Of a DNA stretch of 64,000 nt, positions 43,180 through 52,232 are shown piece after piece. The stretch covers positions 81,632 through 145,631 of the forward strand of contig CALCYQ010000001.1 of the NCBI GenBank assembly GCA_937906385.1, in the 5' to 3' direction. Both the position numbers and the translations under genes were made by a program. Position 1 is the first letter of the stretch, and each line of letters begins with the position of its first letter. The stretch comes from an uncultured Candidatus Saccharibacteria bacterium (GTDB lineage Bacteria; Patescibacteriota; Saccharimonadia; Saccharimonadales; Saccharimonadaceae). The notes beneath the pieces are model-generated. The model was given only the letters and a program-made list of their open reading frames with translations, did no database searches and had not been told where the DNA came from.

Positions 43180-44589
43180 ATGAAAGAATCATATATCACT
43201 ACAGCTATCCCATATGTCAACGGTAATCCGCACCTCGGACATGTGATGGACTATCTTCTTGCGGACACGCTGCGCCGATATATGATGTCGAAGGGCGCTA
43301 AAGTTCGCTTCCAGGTCGGCACCGATGAGCATGGTAATAAGATTTATAAAAAAGCCGCCGAGGCCGGTATTGACACGCAAGAATTTGTCGACCAAAATGC
43401 CGCCCAGTTCGAGAAATTTATTCAATCGCTCGGCGTAGAATATACCGATTTTATTCGCACGACCAATCCGGACCATGAACGCCGCTGCCAAGAAATTTGG
43501 AAGCGGCTCGGCGACCATATTTACAAAGACAAATATGAGGGCTGGTATTGCGAAGGTTGCGAAAACTTCGTCACCGACACTGAGCACGACGAAAATGACG
43601 GCATTTGCCCAGACCACAAAAAGCCATATATTAAGCTCAGCGAGGAGAACTATTATCTCCGCATTGCTGATTTTAAGGATGAGATTCGCGCTAAAATCGA
43701 ATCCGACGAAATGAAAATTACGCCGGCCTTCCGCAAGAAAGAGTTTCTCAACTTGCTCAAAAATATGCCAGACGTTTCTATTTCGCGTCCAAAGAGCCAA
43801 GTGGCTTGGGGCATCCCGGTGCCGGGCGACGAAGAGCAGGTCATGTATGTCTGGATCGATGCGCTCGCAAATTACATTACCGTGCTCGGCTATCCGGATA
43901 ATGACATTTCTGCCTATTGGCCAGCCAATACGCAGATTGTTGGCAAAGACATCCTGCGCTTTCATGCTGGTATTTGGCCGGCTATCCTGCTTGGTCTCGG
44001 CTTGCCGCTGCCAAAGAATCTGCTCGCGCATGGTTTTATTACCGTAAACGGCGAGAAGATGTCTAAGTCTATCGGCAACGTGGTTGATCCGATTGAGATT
44101 CTCAACAAGCATGGTCTCGTGCCGCTGCGTTATTACTTCTTACGCCACGCCTCGACCACTGATGATTCCGACTTTACTTGGGACAAGTACGAAGCCGCCT
44201 ATAACGAGCTTGCCAACGACCTTGGCAACCTTGTCCAACGCCTCGCTACGCTTTGCAAGAAGAATGGCATCTCTGGTCGCTCAGTTATTCGTCGTGACGA
44301 ACCGGAATTTGACGCCAAGATGGAAGCTTACGAATTTAATTTTGCCTTTGATCTGCTCTGGAAGCAAATCGGCGATTTAAACAAGCGCATCGATTCCGAA
44401 AAGCCGTGGGCGCTTGCCAAGACTGAGCCGGAAAAGGCCAAAGCGGTGCTTGAAAGTCTCGTGGACGAATTACTGACGATTAACGAACGTTTAGCGCTCT
44501 TTATTCCAGGCACCGCCACGCAGATTGCGGACATCTTTACGGCCACGGAAATTCTGCCACCGGCCACGCCGCTATTTCCAAAGAATTAA
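43180..44589 (+). CDS. metG: Methionyl-tRNA synthetase (short form)
   Basis: HIGH-type motif NGNPHLGH, KMSKS present, zinc knuckle CEGCENF..CPDH. Leaderless geometry: TGtTAAAAT 43164-43172. Confidence 0.95.
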   Translation: MKESYITTAIPYVNGNPHLGHVMDYLLADTLRRYMMSKGAKVRFQVGTDEHGNKIYKKAAEAGIDTQEFVDQNAAQFEKFIQSLGVEYTDFIRTTNPDHERRCQEIWKRLGDHIYKDKYEGWYCEGCENFVTDTEHDENDGICPDHKKPYIKLSEENYYLRIADFKDEIRAKIESDEMKITPAFRKKEFLNLLKNMPDVSISRPKSQVAWGIPVPGDEEQVMYVWIDALANYITVLGYPDNDISAYWPANTQIVGKDILRFHAGIWPAILLGLGLPLPKNLLAHGFITVNGEKMSKSIGNVVDPIEILNKHGLVPLRYYFLRHASTTDDSDFTWDKYEAAYNELANDLGNLVQRLATLCKKNGISGRSVIRRDEPEFDAKMEAYEFNFAFDLLWKQIGDLNKRIDSEKPWALAKTEPEKAKAVLESLVDELLTINERLALFIPGTATQIADIFTATEILPPATPLFPKN

Positions 44590-44592
44590 AAA

Positions 44593-44617
44593 AGTAGGCC
44601 TCTGGGCCTACTTTTTG
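44593..44617. terminator. Bidirectional intrinsic terminator
   Basis: agtaggcc-tctg-ggcctact flanked by A and T runs. Confidence 0.8.
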
Positions 44618-44621
44618 TTGG

Positions 44622-46529
44622 CTATTTCATCCAATATTGTTTGCCACTCAGAATGTCGTAGGTTAATAGCTCATAATCGTGCATTAATTCGGAATTTTTT
44701 AATTCGCGATCTTGCAGATAGTTTTTCGTCAAAATCGGCTCCGCTGCACAAACCTCGTCCACTAGATAATAAAGGGAAGACTTCTGCCAGTTTAGGATGT
44801 TTTGCATCGTATTTGCCATGCAGTTTGGCGTGGTGGTTGGTAATTTTTTCGTCGTAAAATTGGCGTCGTAGTTTGCATAGACAAAGTATGGCGTCACACG
44901 TGCCAAATCGCGCTCTTCTTTGACAGGGCTGTCGTTTAGCAAGTCAAATAAACCAGCCGAATGGTCGCCAAACCACAATACAACTACTTTTTTATCGAGC
45001 TGATCGAGCCCATCGATAAATTCGCCTAAGTATTCGTCGGAACTATGCAACATCTGGAAGTAAGACGGAATTTCCCAGGCTCGCGATTCGCGGTCGATCG
45101 TCGGTTCGAATTCGACTTCAAATTCATTTTTTTCGTAAATATCACCCCAATATGGTGTGTGGTTCTGCATCGTAATCAAGCCAACTACTTGATTGTCGTC
45201 GCTCTCTTGCAGGACCTTTAGTGTCTGCTGATAGGCGGAGCGGTCGTTGATGTAATCCGACTTGCCGTCATGCTCGGTATAATCCATCTCGAGCTCAGTA
45301 ATGAACGTGTCGAAGCCCTCGTTTTTGAGTGCGATATTGCGCTTGTACATACCGCCGTTAAATGGGTGAATTGCTGTCGTGGCATAATTGCGCGCTTTCA
45401 GCTCCTGTATGAGCGACGGAATTTCGCCAGTTTTTGGCAGCAGCGCTGTATATGGCACGGAATCAATCCAATAATTCGTCATGCTCGTAAACGCCTCGAA
45501 CTCGATATTCGCGGTGCCACCACCATAATCGAGCGAATACATGTAGCCGCTCGGATATTTTTGCATGATGCGGTGTAGATTTGGCGTTACGTCGCCGCTG
45601 TACTTGTAGAAGTCGCGGAAATTCACGCCCTGGAACGATACGTTCGGATCGTAAAATGATTCATTCAAAATAATTACTACGCTCACGTTTTCTTCGGCCG
45701 GATCTTTGCGCTTAGCATTTTCCGTTTCAGCAATGTCTACATATTCGGCTTTGAGCTCGGCAATTTTGCTCTCGCTATATTTATCCGGTTCGGCGATACG
45801 CAGCTTTTGCAAGTTGTACAAAAAGCCCAGCACAAAGCCATTATCGTTGTAATTGCGGTTTTGGTTCCAAGCCGTAAAATGCGTGCCGAGAAAAGTGTCT
45901 TCATAGCGGCTGCCATCGTTGTGGCGCACGAAATCTGTACTAAAGAAGAATGAGAGCGCTGCAATTGCTACAATCATCACGCGCGTGCCGAGCATGTTTC
46001 GCTTAGACCAGCTCGGACTTGGCGTTTCGTAATGGAGGCGCATTTTGCGCGCCAAAAACTTCTCGAATAGAATCGTCAAGGCGGCAATCATTACGCAAGC
46101 CACCACCATTCGCACAATCGACCAAACGTCAACGAATTTCGTCAACGTAGCTGCCTCGGATGCGAGCTGAAAATCTTCAGGTAGCAGCGGAAAACCGCGC
46201 GAGCGATATTTATTGATGTGAATATAAGTAATAATTACAATCAAAATCCATGAGCTACCTACAGCCACGCCTGGCCGGCCAGTAATCCCCCACAAAATTG
46301 CGACAATAAAGAAGAGCAGCAGCGCATTAAAGAAAAACGGCGCCGCATTCTTAAAAATAAAATCCCAAGTGCTTCCGAAATCGTTGATGAAATACCGGTA
46401 TTCCAAGAACCAGGTCAGCAAAATTGCCCCCACTATCAAAAATAGCAATGACGACAGCCAATATTTCTGACGCGCCGACAGTTTTGGCGATTTAATCTTG
46501 GATTTCGGCTGATTTTTTCGCTTCTTCAT
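44622..46529 (-). CDS. LTA synthase/phosphoglycerol-transferase family sulfatase-fold membrane protein
   Basis: Five N-terminal TM helices then a sulfatase-type domain (VVIILNESF.., ..GGTANIEFE.., ..WFGDHS..). Confidence 0.7.
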   Translation of the reverse strand: MKKRKNQPKSKIKSPKLSARQKYWLSSLLFLIVGAILLTWFLEYRYFINDFGSTWDFIFKNAAPFFFNALLLFFIVAILWGITGRPGVAVGSSWILIVIITYIHINKYRSRGFPLLPEDFQLASEAATLTKFVDVWSIVRMVVACVMIAALTILFEKFLARKMRLHYETPSPSWSKRNMLGTRVMIVAIAALSFFFSTDFVRHNDGSRYEDTFLGTHFTAWNQNRNYNDNGFVLGFLYNLQKLRIAEPDKYSESKIAELKAEYVDIAETENAKRKDPAEENVSVVIILNESFYDPNVSFQGVNFRDFYKYSGDVTPNLHRIMQKYPSGYMYSLDYGGGTANIEFEAFTSMTNYWIDSVPYTALLPKTGEIPSLIQELKARNYATTAIHPFNGGMYKRNIALKNEGFDTFITELEMDYTEHDGKSDYINDRSAYQQTLKVLQESDDNQVVGLITMQNHTPYWGDIYEKNEFEVEFEPTIDRESRAWEIPSYFQMLHSSDEYLGEFIDGLDQLDKKVVVLWFGDHSAGLFDLLNDSPVKEERDLARVTPYFVYANYDANFTTKKLPTTTPNCMANTMQNILNWQKSSLYYLVDEVCAAEPILTKNYLQDRELKNSELMHDYELLTYDILSGKQYWMK

Positions 46530-46605
46530 CCTTCAATTATAGCATGGCTTAACAGAGATTAAACTTATGCTTTGCTACGCGTGAATTGACTGTTAATGTG
46601 GGCGC

Positions 46606-46728
46606 ATGATTAAGTATCGCGAAATTAGCCGGAAGAAAATTCATATTTCTTTTTTGCCGCTCGGGCTTTGTGTCGGGTTTTTGGCAGGCGTTTTGTTATC
46701 TATGACTCTAGCCTGGTTTCTCGATTGA
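46606..46728 (+). CDS. N-terminal TM1 fragment of ComEC, ended by an in-frame TGA
   Basis: ATG 46606 gives MIKYREISRKKIHISFLPLGLCVGFLAGVLLSMTLAWFLD then TGA at 46726-46728. It is in the same frame as the ComEC body starting at 46735. Confidence 0.4.
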   Translation: MIKYREISRKKIHISFLPLGLCVGFLAGVLLSMTLAWFLD

Positions 46729-46734
46729 CCATGG

Positions 46735-48072
46735 TTGTTTGCCGCGCTCGCAGCTATTATTATCGCTGCCGTTCTGAAGGGAATTGGTCGGATTGCGTTT
46801 GCGTTAGCGGCCGGCGTGCTTTGCGGCATTTGCCGTTTTCCGTGGCAAAATGCCGATTTGCTCCAAGCGCAGTATTATTACGGTCAAAATGTCGTAATTT
46901 CCGGCACTGTGGCGACCGCACCGGAGACCAAAGAAAAAGACCTCCGAGTAGTGATTGAGGCCATATCTTTTAATTATAGCACAACCGCTTTAAAAAGTCA
47001 AGTTTATCTGATGATTCCAGCGAGTCAAACAGTGGTAATCGGGCGCTCAGATCGAATTACTGTTCGCGGTGGATTCCAGGAAGGTTTCGGCAATTACGCC
47101 GGCTTTCTATACCGCCCAGAGTTAATTTCAGTGCAGAAACCGCGCCCGCCAGATTGGTCGTGGCAAATTCGGGAGTGGTTCGGCGAAACTATCCATGCGC
47201 GGCTCGCTCGCGATGAGGCTGGGCTGGCTTTGGGTTACCTTTATGGCGACAAGGCCTCGCTTTCTGATGAACTAAATGAAGAGATTCGCACCGTCGGCTT
47301 ATCGCACCTTATCGTCACTTCCGGTTTTCATCTCGGCCTCATCGTGTCTTTTGCGCGTAAAGTTTTTGGCAAAATCTCGCGCCATTTTTCGCTTTTTGGC
47401 TCGTTCGTGTTAATCTTGGGCTTTATTGCCATTACAGGCTTCAGCGCCAGTATGGCGCGCGCCGGCATCATGTCGATGATTACGCTTTCTGCTTGGTTGG
47501 TTGGTCGCAAACTCCATCCTGCGCGCAGTATTTTCTACGCCGCAGCGATTATGGTTTTTGTGCGTCCGGATTTTCTCACAAATCTCGGCAGTTTACTTTC
47601 GTTTAGCGCATATAGTGGCATTATTTTTGTCGTCCCACTCCTCAATAAATATTTTTACGGCTCAGCTCCGGTTTCGAAAATCGCAGTCGCCTTTTTCCCG
47701 TCGATTGCCGCTCAGCTGATTTGCCTTCCGCTTAATATTTATTACTTCGGTCGCATTCCAATCACGGGGATTCTCGCCAGCATGATTATCTCTCCATTAA
47801 TTGCGCCGACTATGCTCTTAACGGTTTTGGCGGCTTTTTCGCCTTTCTGCGCTAGTGCTACGCAGTTATTTTTGAGCTTACATCTAAAAATAATCCATTT
47901 CTTTGCTGGCATTCCGTGGGGTTCCGTTGAGACTGACGCTGGAAACTTGCAAGCTTTCTTATTATATCTGCCCATCGTCGCCGTGTTACTGTACCTTTTT
48001 TGGTGCACCGGTCACCGCTATCGTCCACGATTCTCACCCCTAGAAAAATCGCCAGATTATGGTAAAATATAG
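46735..48072 (+). CDS. comEC: ComEC/Rec2 DNA internalisation channel (DUF4131 plus competence domain, no metallo-beta-lactamase domain)
   Basis: OB-like DUF4131 region (VVISGTVATAPE..RVVIEA), polytopic competence domain (GLSHLIVTSGFHLG.., ..SASMARAGIMS..). The listed start is a TTG just after an in-frame TGA. Confidence 0.75.
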   Translation: MFAALAAIIIAAVLKGIGRIAFALAAGVLCGICRFPWQNADLLQAQYYYGQNVVISGTVATAPETKEKDLRVVIEAISFNYSTTALKSQVYLMIPASQTVVIGRSDRITVRGGFQEGFGNYAGFLYRPELISVQKPRPPDWSWQIREWFGETIHARLARDEAGLALGYLYGDKASLSDELNEEIRTVGLSHLIVTSGFHLGLIVSFARKVFGKISRHFSLFGSFVLILGFIAITGFSASMARAGIMSMITLSAWLVGRKLHPARSIFYAAAIMVFVRPDFLTNLGSLLSFSAYSGIIFVVPLLNKYFYGSAPVSKIAVAFFPSIAAQLICLPLNIYYFGRIPITGILASMIISPLIAPTMLLTVLAAFSPFCASATQLFLSLHLKIIHFFAGIPWGSVETDAGNLQAFLLYLPIVAVLLYLFWCTGHRYRPRFSPLEKSPDYGKI

Positions 48073-48074
48073 AT

Positions 48075-48479
48075 ATGTTAATCCATTCCGAACAGGAAAT
48101 GCTTGATTTTGGTCAAAAATATGGCGAGACGCACCCGGCGCCTCTAGTTTTGGAGCTGATTGGCGACGTCGGTGCCGGCAAAACCACTTTCGTGCGCGGC
48201 CTCGCGCAGGGCATTGGCATCAAAGAATCTGTCACTTCGCCGTCCTTCACGATTTCTAAGGTCTATCAAGGCAAAGATGCGTTACTCGTGCATTACGATT
48301 TTTACCGTCTGGCCGATCCAGGCATTATGGAAGAGGATCTTGCCGAATCTATCTCCGACCCGCACGCCATCACGATAGTCGAGTGGGGCGAAAGCATTCA
48401 AAATATCTTGCCGAAAGATCGCAAAATCATCGAAATTAAATACATCGACGAAACCACAAGGGAGCTTATCGAAAAATGA
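48075..48479 (+). CDS. tsaE: tRNA t6A biosynthesis ATPase TsaE
   Basis: P-loop LIGDVGAGKTTFVRGLA, ..SPSFT.., HYDFYRL. Leaderless geometry: TGgTAAAAT 48060-48068. Confidence 0.85.
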   Translation: MLIHSEQEMLDFGQKYGETHPAPLVLELIGDVGAGKTTFVRGLAQGIGIKESVTSPSFTISKVYQGKDALLVHYDFYRLADPGIMEEDLAESISDPHAITIVEWGESIQNILPKDRKIIEIKYIDETTRELIEK

Positions 48480-48808
48480 AACTCTATCTCGATACCTCGA
48501 CGCCAAAGACTATCCTCAAACTCGACGGTCAGACTTACGAATGGGATTCTGGCCGCAATTTAGCGCGCGACTTGCTTAAATATATTCATGATCGCCTGCA
48601 AGAGCAGGGCGCTGATTGGCAAGATTTGACCGAAATAACTTTCATGTCTGGTCCGGGTAGCTTTACCGGCCTTCGCATCGGCGCAACTGTCGTAAATACC
48701 CTCGCGAGCGAGCTAAAAATTCCGCTCTATAACCATCGTGGCGAACGGGTCGAGCTCATTATGCCAGAATATGGCCGTGAAGCAAATATTTCTACTCCAA
48801 AGAAATAA
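48476..48808 (+). CDS. tsaB: TsaB/YeaZ-like protein, N-terminal half only (110 aa)
   Basis: MKLYLDTST.., GPGSFTGLRIGATVVNTLA. 4-nt overlap with tsaE. About half the usual length. Confidence 0.65.
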   Translation: MKLYLDTSTPKTILKLDGQTYEWDSGRNLARDLLKYIHDRLQEQGADWQDLTEITFMSGPGSFTGLRIGATVVNTLASELKIPLYNHRGERVELIMPEYGREANISTPKK

Positions 48809-48922
48809 TCTCTGTGCTAGAATAGATATAGGGGGATTTCAATTAATTATTAACTTTTGATAATCACTTTATATTCGCGTGTACGGCAGTTGTGCGCGCA
48901 GCATAAATGAGAGAGGGAGAGT

Positions 48923-50443
48923 ATGGAATTTCTAGTTCCAGTTATTATTGTGCTGATTGCAGGCGCAGGCGCTGGCGTTGGTGGTTTTTATATCTACAAC
49001 AAGCGCAATGAAAACGGTGGCAAAAACAAGGCTGACGAGCTTATTCGTAAGGCTAAGCACGAAGCTTCCGAGATTGTTTTGAGTGCCAAAAAAGAGGCCT
49101 CCGAAATCAACGATAAGGCCCTTCGCGAAGAGGCTGAACGTCGCAGGGAATGGAAAAAGACCGAGAACCGTCTCGCCGATCGTGAGACCTTGCTCGATAC
49201 TAAGCTTGACCAGATCGACAAAAAGTCTGAAAACTTGCGCAAGCAAGAGGGCGAAATCGAAGAGCTCAAAGATGAGGTCCGTGCTATTCGTACGAAAGCT
49301 CAGGAAAAGCTCGAAAAGATTGCTGGCCTCAGCAAGGCTGACGCTAAAGACAAGCTCATGGCGATGACTGAGCGCGACATTAAAGAAGACCTTAAGAACC
49401 TCATTATTAAAGAGCAAAAAGCCTACAACGATCATATCGACGATACGGCGGAAGCGATGCTCTTAACTGCTATGGAGCGCATGTCCTCTGAGGTTACGGC
49501 CGATCGTACCGTCACCAGCCTCAAGCTTCCAGATGACGATATGAAGGGCCGTATTATTGGTAAGGAAGGTCGCAACATCCAGGCTCTCCAGCACGCTACT
49601 GGTGTTGATGTGCTTGTTGATGATACTCCAGGCATGGTTGTCTTGAGCAGCTTCGATCCAATTCGCCGCCAAGTTGCCCGTTATGCGCTTGAGCGCCTCA
49701 TGAAAGATGGCCGCATTAACCCATCTAGTATCGAAGATGCTGTCGCTAAAGCCGAACGCGAAATCGAAAAAGAGGTCGTTCGCGCCGGCGAAGATGCCGC
49801 TCGCGAAGTTGGCGTCATCGGCATCCCATCCGAGATTTTGCATTTACTCGGCGAACTTAAATTCCGCACTAGCTATGGTCAAAACGTGCTCTTGCATTCT
49901 ATTGAAATGGCACACATCGCCGGCATGATTGCCGAAGAAATCGGTGCCGACGTCAACACTGCCAAGACCGCTACGCTTTTGCACGATATGGGCAAGGCCG
50001 TCACGCACAAAATTGAAGGCAAGCATGCCGAAATCGGCGCCGAACTTGCCAAGAAATTCGGCATGAAAGATGAAGTCGTCCACGCCATCGCTGCGCACCA
50101 TGACGACGTCGAACCAACCACGCCAGAAGCTATTATCGTTAAAATTGTAGACGCTATTTCCGCCGCTCGCCCCGGCGCCCGCAACATTTCCGCTGAAAAC
50201 TTTGCCGAGCGCATGAAAGCCCTCGAGAATGTTGCCACTAGCTTCCCAGGCATCGACAAGGCTTATGCCATCTCTGCCGGTCGCGAGATTCGCGTTATTG
50301 TTGAGCCGAAGCAGATTGATGATCTTTCCGCCCTTAAGCTTGCTCGCGACATTGCCGACAAAATTGAGGCCACCATGCAATATCCTGGCGTGATTAAAGT
50401 TAACGTGATTCGTGAGACTCGCGCTATCGAATACGCTAAATAA
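48923..50443 (+). CDS. rny: Ribonuclease Y
   Basis: N-terminal TM helix, long coiled coil, KH domain (IIGKEGRNIQAL), HD domain (LLHDMGK..HH). Confidence 0.95.
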   Translation: MEFLVPVIIVLIAGAGAGVGGFYIYNKRNENGGKNKADELIRKAKHEASEIVLSAKKEASEINDKALREEAERRREWKKTENRLADRETLLDTKLDQIDKKSENLRKQEGEIEELKDEVRAIRTKAQEKLEKIAGLSKADAKDKLMAMTERDIKEDLKNLIIKEQKAYNDHIDDTAEAMLLTAMERMSSEVTADRTVTSLKLPDDDMKGRIIGKEGRNIQALQHATGVDVLVDDTPGMVVLSSFDPIRRQVARYALERLMKDGRINPSSIEDAVAKAEREIEKEVVRAGEDAAREVGVIGIPSEILHLLGELKFRTSYGQNVLLHSIEMAHIAGMIAEEIGADVNTAKTATLLHDMGKAVTHKIEGKHAEIGAELAKKFGMKDEVVHAIAAHHDDVEPTTPEAIIVKIVDAISAARPGARNISAENFAERMKALENVATSFPGIDKAYAISAGREIRVIVEPKQIDDLSALKLARDIADKIEATMQYPGVIKVNVIRETRAIEYAK

Positions 50444-51237
50444 TGAAAATCTTCAAAAAGAAATTCAGCAAAAAAGCTAAAATCCAAATCGCGGTCGGTT
50501 CGGCCGTGATTTTGGCGCTTATTATCGCAATAATTGTCGATATTAATTTGCGCGGCCCACTCTATAACTTCGGCGTTTTCTTAGCTGACCGCGAACGCGT
50601 TAGCGAATTCATCTCTTCGGCGGGTATTTGGGCGCCAATCGTTTATATTTTGATGCAAATCGCTCAGACCGTGCTCGCGCCAATTCCGGGCGGGGTAGTC
50701 GGGCTCGTTGGCGGCTTCCTCTTTGGCTGGTGGGGTATCCTCTGGACGCTCATTGGCTCGACTATCGGCTACTGGATTGTGCTTTGGCTTTCGCGCCGGC
50801 TTGGCCGCCCATTCGTCGAAAAGGTCGTCTCGAAAGAATTGATGGCGAAATTTGACTATCTTGCCAATGATCGTGGCCCGCTCGTTTTCTTTTTGATTTT
50901 CCTTATTCCGGGCTTGCCAGACGATATCGTGATGTATATCGCTGGCTTGTCGCAAATTTCACTCCGCAAGCTGCTCGCGATGGCTACGGTCGGCCGTCTG
51001 CCTTCTATGATTGGTACTAATATGATTGGACACTCTGTTGGTAACGCAGATATTAGAAGCACAATCATCATTACGACTATCTGTGTGTTAATTTTGGTTT
51101 TTGTCGCTATGAAGCGCAACGCTATCATGAAATGGCTCGACCCAAAAAATCCTAAGGCTGATGAGGATATGGATCTTCCGCACGAAAAACTCGAAAAAGA
51201 AATCGAGAAACAAAAAAACGAAAAGAAATCAGCCTAA
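50443..51237 (+). CDS. TVP38/TMEM64 (DedA-related, VTT domain) membrane protein
   Basis: Polytopic, with ..PIPGGVVGLVGGFLFG.. and WLSRRLGRPFVEKV motifs. Confidence 0.6.
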   Translation: MKIFKKKFSKKAKIQIAVGSAVILALIIAIIVDINLRGPLYNFGVFLADRERVSEFISSAGIWAPIVYILMQIAQTVLAPIPGGVVGLVGGFLFGWWGILWTLIGSTIGYWIVLWLSRRLGRPFVEKVVSKELMAKFDYLANDRGPLVFFLIFLIPGLPDDIVMYIAGLSQISLRKLLAMATVGRLPSMIGTNMIGHSVGNADIRSTIIITTICVLILVFVAMKRNAIMKWLDPKNPKADEDMDLPHEKLEKEIEKQKNEKKSA

Positions 51238-51287
51238 TTTTATAGAATTTTATTCTGCTCGTGTCTAAAATATGGTAAAATTTAAGC

Positions 51288-52232
51288 ATGAGCGCTAACG
51301 ACGCAATTCCTACAGGTGAGGTGGGAAAAGAACAAGAGAACAAAAAGGGCGTTAATTTTGACTCCCCGAACATTACTCACGCATCTGCAGACGTTTCGGA
51401 ACCGGTTGTGGATGCTAAAGAAGAGGCTCGCAAGGCTGCCCAAAAGAAGGCCGAAACGGTCGCTATCGATGGAGTTCCGATCGACGAAAAGGATGTTAAG
51501 TATAAATCTGACGATATCGCGAAGGACGGAGGGAAGGATTACTTCGTTAATATCGATCAAAAAGAGGTGCAGCGCCTTGAGCGTCGTCGCCTAAAGAAGG
51601 TGCGCCATCAAGAGCATGTCGCTAAGGCGAAAGAAGACGCAAAAGCGCGCCGAAACAGCATTGACCGCCTTAAATATATTGCAAAATGGCCATTTGCAAA
51701 TGTCAAGCGCGGGACTATTACGTGTGCTATTGTCGCATTATTAATCTGTGGCGCTATTGCCGCTTTTATCATTTCTATTCAGCCAAAAGTTGCCCAAACT
51801 CCACCAAACGAGGTACAAGACTTCCTATTTGATGATGCCGACCACGCGAAGAGTATTAGTTCATTCCTAAGCCTTACTGCCGACTATAATCCTGACGATG
51901 TTAATTCCTATGCCGCTACTTGCCTAAAAATCGAAGAAGAAATCGCAAAGATTGATGAGTCTGACGTTGACACTCTCATTTCGTATAAGACGCAATATAC
52001 GGCATTTATTCTTAGAGGCAGCGACGATATTGAATCGGCGCTAAAGAATTTGGAAGGCTTAGAAGAAATTGCTGAGACCGATTATCAAAAATCGCTAATC
52101 TACAACATGTACATAATAATCGGTATGAAAAAGGGTGATGTGACTATGCAAAATACGTACAACGAAAAGATGCAAAAACTTAACCTTCCTAGCCAGGAGG
52201 AGATAGATGAAGAAATATATGCTCAAGAATAA
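51288..52232 (+). CDS. Hypothetical bitopic membrane protein, first gene of the pilin-like operon
   Basis: Lys/Glu-rich cytoplasmic half, one TM helix (ITCAIVALLICGAIAAFIISI), helical extracytoplasmic half. Leaderless geometry: TGgTAAAAT 51273-51281. Confidence 0.5.
   Translation: MSANDAIPTGEVGKEQENKKGVNFDSPNITHASADVSEPVVDAKEEARKAAQKKAETVAIDGVPIDEKDVKYKSDDIAKDGGKDYFVNIDQKEVQRLERRRLKKVRHQEHVAKAKEDAKARRNSIDRLKYIAKWPFANVKRGTITCAIVALLICGAIAAFIISIQPKVAQTPPNEVQDFLFDDADHAKSISSFLSLTADYNPDDVNSYAATCLKIEEEIAKIDESDVDTLISYKTQYTAFILRGSDDIESALKNLEGLEEIAETDYQKSLIYNMYIIIGMKKGDVTMQNTYNEKMQKLNLPSQEEIDEEIYAQE

Noticed and set aside
43189-44112. Long antisense ORFs inside real genes: 307 aa opposite metG, 165 aa opposite rbr (24901-25398), 204 aa opposite pilB (28588-29202), 206 aa opposite glgB (34263-34883), 205 aa opposite the 1217-aa gene (54706-55323), and 202 and 194 aa opposite the PilX-like gene.
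   Set aside because: They are shadow ORFs of strongly supported genes. They have no recognisable motifs or start signals, and their composition is skewed in the way expected for antisense frames.
46726-46728. In-frame TGA in comEC as evidence for an alternative genetic code (UGA=Gly or Trp, as in some CPR lineages).
   Set aside because: Many well-supported genes in the window terminate at TGA at the expected protein length (for example those ending at 13897, 48479, 56823, 57614 and 60465). Standard-code ORFs are full length throughout. Code 11 therefore fits.
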